From a virus (Duplodnaviria; Heunggongvirae; Uroviricota; Caudoviricetes), in the IMG/VR virus record IMGVR_UViG_3300038379_000173, positions 1-64,000 of that record: a stretch of DNA of 64,000 nt; one strand, 5' to 3'. Below the pieces are notes generated by a model. That model had not been told where the DNA came from and did no database searches. It worked only from the letters and a program-made list of their open reading frames with translations. This document shows, piece by piece, positions 9,395 to 16,280 of the stretch (position 1 is the first letter of the stretch; each line of letters opens with the position of its first letter). A program made the position numbers and the translations under genes.

Positions 9395-10129
9395 ATGAAC
9401 GACTTCGAAAAACTCATTGCGGCCCTCCCGGCCCACCGTTTGTATGTCGATACTGACGGCGCCCAAGGCGCTCGAATTGAGATGGTGGGCGCAAACCTCT
9501 GGGGCGCAAATCTCAGGGGCGCAGACCTCAGGGGCGTATACCTCAGTGGCGCAAACCTCTGGGGCGCAAACCTCGAGGGCGCAAACCTCAGGGGCGCAAA
9601 CCTCAGGGGCGCAAACCTCTGGGGCGCAAACCTCTGGGGCGCAAACCTCGAGGGCGCAAACCTCAGGGGCGCAAACCTCTGGGGCGCAAAGCTCGAGGGC
9701 GCAGACCTCAGGGCTGCAAATCTCGTGGGCGCAAACCTCGGGGACGCATACCTCGGGGGCGCAAATCTCGACGGCGCAGACCTTTCTAACGCCACTCTCC
9801 CAGACTTTCAATTGCCAGAGGGAACGTTGACCGCCTACAAGTTGTGCAACGGTATCTTGGTTACCCTCGAAATTCCGGCAGAAGCACGCCGCACTGCTTC
9901 GCTTGTCGGGCCCAAATGCCGCGCGGAATTCGCTATCGTGCGCCACGTGGACCATCCGTGGAAGGTTGCACGTAGTAGTGCTCAGCGTCCTCATAATACG
10001 CCCGAGATTGTCTACACGGAGGGCTCTACCGTTTTCCCGGATTTGTTTAATGACGACATTCGCGTAGAGTGTACGCACGGCGTACATTTCTACAGGACTA
10101 AGGAAGAAGCATTGGCGAGCGGGTTTTGA
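9395..10129 (+). CDS. pentapeptide-repeat protein with ~100-aa C-terminal domain
   Basis: about 20 consecutive GANL(W/R/E) pentapeptides; the C-terminal domain is duplicated at 1..315. Confidence 0.85.
   Translation: MNDFEKLIAALPAHRLYVDTDGAQGARIEMVGANLWGANLRGADLRGVYLSGANLWGANLEGANLRGANLRGANLWGANLWGANLEGANLRGANLWGAKLEGADLRAANLVGANLGDAYLGGANLDGADLSNATLPDFQLPEGTLTAYKLCNGILVTLEIPAEARRTASLVGPKCRAEFAIVRHVDHPWKVARSSAQRPHNTPEIVYTEGSTVFPDLFNDDIRVECTHGVHFYRTKEEALASGF
9488..9786 (+). repeat. 15-bp tandem repeat array (ggcgcaaacctcNNN, ~20 units) inside the pentapeptide-repeat CDS
   Basis: visible periodicity encoding G-A-N-L-x; also explains spurious long antisense ORFs 9268..9795 and 9308..10201. Confidence 0.85.
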
Positions 10130-10130
10130 T

Positions 10131-11261
10131 ATGAAATTACAGCCACTAAATGTCCTTTTAGACGGTAAATTAGATGGTCCGCTAGACCCTATTAGTGTCA
10201 TCCGTCACTTTCATCCATCTCTCCCGCTCGTTGGCCTAAAATACCATAAAACAGAATCCCCAAAATTCCATCCCATCGTGCGCCAATGTCGCGGAACTGT
10301 GTTGGAGTTACCAACCTTTCGTATAGTTGCCCGCCCTTTCAACCGCTTCTTTAATCTCCACAAGGATGTTGACGGCCAGGAAGGCTTCACTTGGAATCAC
10401 TTTACAGCCGAAACGAAGGAAGATGGCACACTTATCATCGCATTCAATTACGAAGGAAGATGGTTAATTAAAACAGGGGGTAGTTGGGCTCTCGGCAATA
10501 TTACCGCAAATGCGCCAACGTGGCAGCAGGCATTTTTTGATATCCTGCCGGTAGCTAATTTTTCTGTTTTAGACCCAGCCTATACTTATATGTTCGAATT
10601 GTGTACGCCATACAACAAAGTAGTAGTAAAATACGACCAACCCAAAGTCTTTCTTCTTGGTGCTATAAATACCTCGTCTGGCTGGGAATTAGACCATTCC
10701 GTGCTGGATTATATTGCTAGCCGCCTTGGATGTGCGCGACCTACAGTTTTTAGTTGCTCAGGCAATAGTGATTTGAAACGCCTAGTTGATAGTCTCTCTA
10801 AAGGCGATGTCAAGGAAGGTTTCGTACTACGCGATATAGCGTGCAGACGTATCAAAGTAAAAACGGCAGAATATCAAGCCCTACACCATCTAAAGGACAA
10901 CGGCAACATACTGCTGCCGCGGCGCTTGGCCGCCCTTGTGCTCTCTTCGAGGGAAAAAGAAACTCTCGCCGTATTCCCTGAAATGGCCGGGGCTCTGTCA
11001 AAGGTATCCGCAGACCTATATAATGCTATGGCGGACGTAGAGAACCTTTGGTGGGCCCACCGACAATTAAGCCGCAAGGATTTTGCGATAGAAATAAAGG
11101 ATACCCCATTTACGTGGGTGCTCTTTGGTCTCTATACAAATCCACCGAGTGATGTTCGCAGCACAATCTATGCAGCATTTGCGAATAACGTCGAGAAGGT
11201 GGCCCAAAAATTGTGGGGCGGCCAGGTGTTTCAGTTTGATTGTGCAGCGGCAGATGAATAG
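10131..11261 (+). CDS. rnlA: T4 Rnl1-type RNA ligase
   Basis: 376 aa (T4 Rnl1 is 374 aa); nucleotidyltransferase motif I K-E-D-G-T (ETKEDGTLI) matches T4 Rnl1 KEDGSL. Confidence 0.8.
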   Translation: MKLQPLNVLLDGKLDGPLDPISVIRHFHPSLPLVGLKYHKTESPKFHPIVRQCRGTVLELPTFRIVARPFNRFFNLHKDVDGQEGFTWNHFTAETKEDGTLIIAFNYEGRWLIKTGGSWALGNITANAPTWQQAFFDILPVANFSVLDPAYTYMFELCTPYNKVVVKYDQPKVFLLGAINTSSGWELDHSVLDYIASRLGCARPTVFSCSGNSDLKRLVDSLSKGDVKEGFVLRDIACRRIKVKTAEYQALHHLKDNGNILLPRRLAALVLSSREKETLAVFPEMAGALSKVSADLYNAMADVENLWWAHRQLSRKDFAIEIKDTPFTWVLFGLYTNPPSDVRSTIYAAFANNVEKVAQKLWGGQVFQFDCAAADE

Positions 11262-11442
11262 GACAAAAGACTGGATAATCATCATTTTATTCATTATCTT
11301 TATTTTACCGGGCAGCTTGATTTCTAAAATAAGACATCAAAATGGTAAATATGATGACGTAGACAACGCAATTACTTTCTGGATATTTTTTTTGAGTGCA
11401 ATCATGGTATGTTATATTTGGATATACGCCTCTGTGGTTTAA
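11256..11442 (+). CDS. small membrane protein (62 aa)
   Basis: ATG overlaps the Rnl1 stop; strongly hydrophobic (WIIIILFIIFILPG...). Confidence 0.45.
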
Positions 11443-11553
11443 GAAGTAGTATGAAACTTTGTATCTCGAGTAATGCGAAGTTAATATTACTTCATAGGAA
11501 AACGTCGCTTCAGAAAGCGAAGATTGCTGGCACGAACCCAGCCTGGGGCATTT

Positions 11554-11659
11554 GGACATGTAGCTCATAGAGTGTGGTTAAGATGCGCACTTAATCCTAC
11601 GCGGATAGAGCACCGAGTATTTAATTCGGAGGATGTAGGTTCGACTCCTACCGTGTCCG
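11554..11659 (+). tRNA. tRNA-like gene, anticodon TTT (Lys), with ~31-nt insertion in the D-loop
   Basis: acceptor GGACATG/CGTGTCC (one G-U); U8; D-stem GCTC/GAGC; anticodon stem CCGAG/TTCGG; loop TATTTAA; 5-nt variable loop; perfect T-arm GTAGG-TTCGACT-CCTAC; discriminator G; total 106 nt. Confidence 0.5.
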
Positions 11660-11668
11660 TATGGAGGA

Positions 11669-11959
11669 ATGATGAATACTGTAGAAATTCTTCGTAATGT
11701 AGATGATATCTTAAGCGATGAAACAAAATGGTGTAAGCATGAGATGATAAACAGCAACGGCGCGTGTTGTTTGTTAGGCGCACTAGAATTAGCAAGCCCT
11801 GATGATTGGCCCACCGAAGCAAGGTTATTGTTGTCTCAAGTAGTTCAAAAAAGAGGACACAATATGGTTATAACGTTTAATGACGCATACAGTACGTCTT
11901 TCAAAGACATCAAAGAGGTAATCCAAGAAGCCATAGATATGGCATCAAGAGACGTATGA
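11669..11959 (+). CDS. hypothetical protein, paralog family X copy 1 (KWCK...CCLLGAL...FND...FKDIKEVI)
   Basis: RBS ggagg before ATG; related to 39592..39915 and 11956..12313. Confidence 0.55.
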   Translation: MMNTVEILRNVDDILSDETKWCKHEMINSNGACCLLGALELASPDDWPTEARLLLSQVVQKRGHNMVITFNDAYSTSFKDIKEVIQEAIDMASRDV

Positions 11960-12313
11960 CAGCCCAGGAAATATTCGACAAAGTCGCAACACATCTTTTA
12001 ACACAAAACCGTAAGACACGTGATTCTCTTGGTTGCCTCTACAGAGGCCCAAGGAACAAAATGCGCCGTTGGTTGTCTCATCCCAGATGACATTTATAGT
12101 GTGGCCATGGAAGGATGGGGTGTGCATGAACTAATAATAGGATGGCCGGCTCTTTCTTGGTTTAAAAAACACGAAGACCTACTTGCTTCTCTCCAATACG
12201 TCCACGATGGTATGACAGAAGATAAATGGCCAGCGGCGCTTCGTGATGTAGTACAACAATACGGTTTGTCGCCTCTAATCCTTGAGAGCTTTAAAAATGT
12301 TGCGCCCTTGTAA
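11956..12313 (+). CDS. paralog family X copy 3, split across two frames (apparent +1 frameshift at the A4 run ~12056..12059)
   Basis: ATGA-coupled ATG 11956 opens frame a to 12090; frame b (12020..12313) continues with KCAVGCLIPDD..., aligning to CCLLGAL of copy 1; joining requires skipping one A. Confidence 0.4.
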
Positions 12314-12932
12314 ATTTTGTGGAACAGAAGCCGGCCACTGCGCATGGCGTGACGAACTTTGCCCCAAACACTATCACACCCGCGTGGTAGTTAAGTTCAA
12401 CGGCGGCAAAGGTGCTTTGTTATGCAATAGTTGCCATGTGATTGTAGCTGATTATCTATCAAGTGAAGAACTAAAAGGTCACACTTATCTCATTAGATGT
12501 GAGAAACATATTGCGCCTCACAAGTATATCATGAAGTGGTGGACCCGCGAAGAAGTAGCCGCTGACCCTACATTCACTTATGTGTTTGGAGATAACGCGA
12601 AAGATGCGAAAAGTGGTTATACTCCTCACGCCACACAAGCCGTCATACGTGGATTACCAAACGCTATCGGAATAGCGACCAAGAAAGACCGCGGCTCCAA
12701 CATTAATTCGTTCTTCAATGAAGAAGACTATGATGAATTTGCCGCGCATCTTAATGCGGCGGCAGACAAAATACGGGCCGCCAGGCGCCCCCTGGCACTT
12801 CCTTATGACGGTATTGGAACTGGGGCAGCGATGCTCTATGAGACTTCACCAAAGTGTTTTGCACTACTAAACTTAACACTCCGGGAGCTTCTGTATGAGT
12901 GCTCAGCCAATAATCGTCCTGCCGGCAATTGA
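12297..12932 (+). CDS. hypothetical protein: N-terminal Zn-ribbon (CKFCG...CPKHYH...CNSCH) plus conserved C-terminal domain (VFGDN...IRGLPNAIGIATKK...GIGTG)
   Basis: ORF; track start is TTG 12282, ATG at 12297. Confidence 0.5.
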   Translation: MLRPCKFCGTEAGHCAWRDELCPKHYHTRVVVKFNGGKGALLCNSCHVIVADYLSSEELKGHTYLIRCEKHIAPHKYIMKWWTREEVAADPTFTYVFGDNAKDAKSGYTPHATQAVIRGLPNAIGIATKKDRGSNINSFFNEEDYDEFAAHLNAAADKIRAARRPLALPYDGIGTGAAMLYETSPKCFALLNLTLRELLYECSANNRPAGN

Positions 12933-13121
12933 TGCAGATAAAGGGCTGTTAGAGTTAGCAAATAAGGAGCGCGGCCAACCGCTATGGTTTACTCTCATTC
13001 CAGAAGAGATGTTAGACTCTCAGAGAAACTATTGGGCGCCGTGGATTGCTCTGACTGACTCTAGATGCCTCCCAGATATAGTAGATGTGAACCCCGAAGG
13101 GCTTCTATTCATAGGTTACAT

Positions 13122-13448
13122 GTGAGCGATGAAATATTGCGGCGGGCCCACAGGAATTTTGTTTCTGGCGCTCTAGACCCTCTTGAATATTATCAATTGA
13201 GATTACGTTATGGCCTGAGAGACCCAAAAGTTACGCCTGTGGTTGGTGATATTGTGTTAGTATACGGTGAAACTAAAGTTTTCTGGAAAAGAAAAGTGAC
13301 GCATGTAGATAAAGATGGTATTTATTGGGTTTTCACAGAAGCGTGTGATGAAGAATATCTAAGTTACTCTTCTTGTTCAGGAAGTAAATTACCACAAAGT
13401 TTGTGGTACTCAGAATTCTGTTATCCTCTTGTCTATGGTGATGAATGA
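13122..13448 (+). CDS. hypothetical protein
   Basis: GTG start inferred from the upstream in-frame stop; weak RBS. Confidence 0.35.
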   Translation: MSDEILRRAHRNFVSGALDPLEYYQLRLRYGLRDPKVTPVVGDIVLVYGETKVFWKRKVTHVDKDGIYWVFTEACDEEYLSYSSCSGSKLPQSLWYSEFCYPLVYGDE

Positions 13449-13870
13449 GGGGCTATGTCGCCATTGGACTATTCTGTCCTTCCAAAGACGTTAATATTGG
13501 CGGCACAATGCGCGCAGCTTACTGTTACGGGGCCGGCTTAGTCGTAATCCAAGGAGTATATAAGCGTTACAGCACCGATACTGTTGCCGCCCACCGACAT
13601 ATTCCAACAGTACTCTGCACTGACATCCTAACCAACATCCCCTATGATTGTGTGCCTGTCGCCGTAGAGATAGTAGAAGGAGCGCGACCTTTGCCATCCT
13701 ACACACACCCACAAAGAGCCTTTTATATCTTTGGCCCTGAAGGCGGCTCGTTACCAGAGAGAATTTTGAAAGGTTGCCGCGATGTTGTTTCTATTCCAAC
13801 GCGCGCCTGTATGAATTTGGCGGCCACAGTAAATGTTGTATTGTATGACAGGGCGGCTAAAGGTCAATGA
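13445..13870 (+). CDS. SpoU-family (SPOUT) RNA 2'-O-methyltransferase, minimal TrmH/TrmL-like
   Basis: 141 aa; motifs IFGPEGGSLPE and CMNLAATVNVVLYDR typical of SPOUT methyltransferases. Confidence 0.7.
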   Translation: MRGYVAIGLFCPSKDVNIGGTMRAAYCYGAGLVVIQGVYKRYSTDTVAAHRHIPTVLCTDILTNIPYDCVPVAVEIVEGARPLPSYTHPQRAFYIFGPEGGSLPERILKGCRDVVSIPTRACMNLAATVNVVLYDRAAKGQ

Positions 13871-14058
13871 GACTAATTAGATTTGTCTTTGTGCCGTTGC
13901 ACATCCTAATAAGATGTGTGCGCACAGTGCCGTTAGCACTCGCGGCTTTGTTAGCCGTTGCTTACGAAGTTTGGGGCAGCACAACATTTGCTTTGACTGC
14001 CATTAGTGTTATTACTATCGCACTCCTAACGCGCTTTTTACTACACGGGAGTTTATGA
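13867..14058 (+). CDS. small membrane protein (63 aa)
   Basis: ATGA overlap; two hydrophobic helices. Confidence 0.45.
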   Translation: MRLIRFVFVPLHILIRCVRTVPLALAALLAVAYEVWGSTTFALTAISVITIALLTRFLLHGSL

Positions 14059-14429
14059 TGTATTGCTTTAAGTTTCTTAATCACTCCATGTGGAGCCCAA
14101 ATAATAACACTCTGTTTCACCAGGATAAGTGGGCACCAAAAATCTCTGGAAAGTTAATACCATGCAAGAGAGGTTATCATGTTCTTCGTACTAGAGATTT
14201 GAGTCAATGGGTCTATATATACCCAGCATATGACTTATGGCTCGTTGAGGTTCCACCCAAAGGACACGTTAAGACTTCAGATAAAATGGTCGTTAGAACT
14301 CTCAAACCTGTAAGAAAGATAAAACTAAACCGTGATTATTATGGTTGCATTGAATTCCGCAGTTGGCCAACAACGCAAGGCGGATGGCGCAAGAAGCTAT
14401 CCTCATGGGGATTGCGGGCGGCGTTCTAA
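14055..14429 (+). CDS. hypothetical protein, paralog family Y copy 1 (PCxxGYHVxRxRxLSxW)
   Basis: ATGA overlap; shares motif with 15840..16238. Confidence 0.55.
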   Translation: MMYCFKFLNHSMWSPNNNTLFHQDKWAPKISGKLIPCKRGYHVLRTRDLSQWVYIYPAYDLWLVEVPPKGHVKTSDKMVVRTLKPVRKIKLNRDYYGCIEFRSWPTTQGGWRKKLSSWGLRAAF

Positions 14430-14438
14430 GGGGTGAAT

Positions 14439-14591
14439 ATGTTTTGGCGCATAACTGTATTATTTCTCTGTATTGTTTTTGCCATAATCACTACACTAAT
14501 CGGGGATATATTTAGTAGTATGATTTTTGGCGCCAACATTGGATTGTTATTGGTCTACATAGCCATGGAAGATTTTGGATGGTGCCCATGA
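14439..14591 (+). CDS. small membrane protein (50 aa)
   Basis: hydrophobic ORF not in the track; its end overlaps the start of the next gene. Confidence 0.35.
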   Translation: MFWRITVLFLCIVFAIITTLIGDIFSSMIFGANIGLLLVYIAMEDFGWCP

Positions 14592-15328
14592 CTAAACTAA
14601 CTTTCGGAAAAGGCAACGTCAAACTGGCCGCTCATATCGCCACTTTTAGTTTGCCGGCCGGCAAAACGTGTCCAGGTGCCCATCAATGCCATAGTTATGT
14701 AGTGAAGCGCGATGGTGCAAGACGCGTAGTAGATGGGCCGCAGACAACCTTTAGGTGCTATGCCGCTTCACAGGAAGCACTATACACTAGTGTCTATGAT
14801 AGTAGGGCCGCCAACTTAAAAGTCCTGAGGGAGGCACTTGGGAATGGTAATGCTGTCGAATTGATTCACAAATCATTGCCACCCGCCTCTCATATCCGCG
14901 TACATGTCTCTGGAGATTTTTTCTCACCTGAGTATTTTAGGGCCTGGATGAAGGTCGCGAAGCTTAATCCATCCAAGGTCTTTTATGCCTATACTAAGTC
15001 CATCAAAATATGGTTGCGTAACCGCCGCCATGTGCCACCAAACTTTATTCTTACGGCATCGCTGGGTGGCCGCTGGGACCATTTGGTTATCAAGCATGGG
15101 CTGAGAACTGTCAAAGTTGTGTGGGCGGAAAAGGAAGCTAAAGTTCTCAATCTGCCAATAGACAAAGACGACTCTAAAGCGTTACGTCCCGATGGGAATT
15201 TTGCACTCTTACTCCATGGAACGCAACCAGTTGGTTCAGCCGCTGGGGTTGCCTGGGGAAAACTAAGAAAGAAAAAACTAAGAAAGACGGGCAAGATGGG
15301 TTATAGCAGGAGGTTGCCCACCCTATGA
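14579..15328 (+). CDS. hypothetical protein (249 aa) with N-terminal Cys/His cluster (CPGAHQCH)
   Basis: ORF; basic C-terminus. Confidence 0.55.
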   Translation: MVPMTKLTFGKGNVKLAAHIATFSLPAGKTCPGAHQCHSYVVKRDGARRVVDGPQTTFRCYAASQEALYTSVYDSRAANLKVLREALGNGNAVELIHKSLPPASHIRVHVSGDFFSPEYFRAWMKVAKLNPSKVFYAYTKSIKIWLRNRRHVPPNFILTASLGGRWDHLVIKHGLRTVKVVWAEKEAKVLNLPIDKDDSKALRPDGNFALLLHGTQPVGSAAGVAWGKLRKKKLRKTGKMGYSRRLPTL

Positions 15329-15504
15329 TAGGTATTGCGATAGTATCACTGATATTCACGGTTCTCTTTTGGATTCTCTGTGTTATGAATTGGGAAGAAC
15401 CTAACCCCTCCATTTTCTTTGGTATCCTTTGGGGTGCGTTAGCTAACGTTTGTTTCGTAATAACTGTTTTGTCGGTTTGTAAATTCATATGGAAGTTACT
15501 ATGA
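15325..15504 (+). CDS. small membrane protein (59 aa)
   Basis: ATGA overlap with upstream stop; two hydrophobic segments; not in the track. Confidence 0.4.
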   Translation: MIGIAIVSLIFTVLFWILCVMNWEEPNPSIFFGILWGALANVCFVITVLSVCKFIWKLL

Positions 15505-15815
15505 GGACTGGGATGATTAGTATTTTTCACTGGCCGCCGGCCAAAGTTTCAATCGGAATTAAGGTAGACCATCTGGGCGCCGCATATTTGTCCATCGCAG
15601 CGTGCCGGCCGCCTGATGTTTTTACTAAAGCGCGCGCCACAGATGAAAATCTTTCCAAAAAACTCCTAGGGCCGGCTCGCGATGCCGTTAGGAGTCTCAA
15701 AAGGCGGCGCTCTATGAAAGATATTCTAGAGGTTGTTTGTCGTGGGGTAGGTGCAACGGTGCAGCCGAAAAAGACAACATACCTACGACGTTCGCCGCTA
15801 AGGCAAACGCACTAA
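15489..15815 (+). CDS. hypothetical protein (108 aa)
   Basis: ORF only. Confidence 0.4.
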   Translation: MEVTMRTGMISIFHWPPAKVSIGIKVDHLGAAYLSIAACRPPDVFTKARATDENLSKKLLGPARDAVRSLKRRRSMKDILEVVCRGVGATVQPKKTTYLRRSPLRQTH

Positions 15816-15839
15816 TAATCCTAACTGAGACAACAATTA

Positions 15840-16238
15840 ATGAGTAATTATTACCTCAAACTCCTCACATCCAAGCACACTGGAGGATGGTCGCGTTATA
15901 AATATCCAAAGAGTGGACAGAAAACCCCTCTTGTTGAAGGACCATTGGTGCCATGTCAGAATGGTTATCACGTAATTCGTCCTCGTAATCTATCTCTGTG
16001 GATAGAACAAAACGTATTTAGTGATATATACCTAGTTAAAGCTATAGGTGAAACGTGCGACGCGGGACATAAAACAGTCGCTAGGCAACTTAAAGTTATA
16101 AAACGTCTTTGTTCTGTGGTAGAGTACAAGGAAATGAAGTACCATTGGCTTATAGCTGATGGACCAAAGACATATGGCGAGTGCGTAAGAGATTTTTTTG
16201 CACCACGCGGGCTAACTATTAACTTACCCCGTTATTAA
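15840..16238 (+). CDS. hypothetical protein, paralog family Y copy 2
   Basis: motif PCQNGYHVIRPRNLSLW matches PCKRGYHVLRTRDLSQW of 14055..14429. Confidence 0.55.
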   Translation: MSNYYLKLLTSKHTGGWSRYKYPKSGQKTPLVEGPLVPCQNGYHVIRPRNLSLWIEQNVFSDIYLVKAIGETCDAGHKTVARQLKVIKRLCSVVEYKEMKYHWLIADGPKTYGECVRDFFAPRGLTINLPRY

Positions 16239-16280
16239 TGATTCGGAACGAAGTGATGAACACGGTAGTGTGAGAACAAA

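Noticed and set aside
9268-10201. Long minus-strand ORFs 9268..9795 (175 aa) and 9308..10201 (297 aa) with repetitive RFAP/EVCAP sequences
   Set aside because: They are the antisense reading of the 15-bp pentapeptide tandem repeat and lack RBS or context; the + strand pentapeptide-repeat gene explains the region.
11554-11659. attP-type integration site in a tRNA gene
   Set aside because: No integrase or recombinase was recognised in the window, and the element contains a complete 5' acceptor half rather than only a 3' tRNA fragment.
11565-11822. Minus-strand ORFs overlapping the tRNA-like gene and the 11669 CDS
   Set aside because: They overlap a structured RNA gene and a well-supported + strand CDS with an RBS; no independent support.
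12297-12932. Macro-domain / NADAR / LOG assignment for the C-terminal domain of 12297..12932
   Set aside because: The motifs I could recall for those families do not match VFGDN...IRGLPNAIGIATKK...GIGTG; left as unknown pending a profile search.
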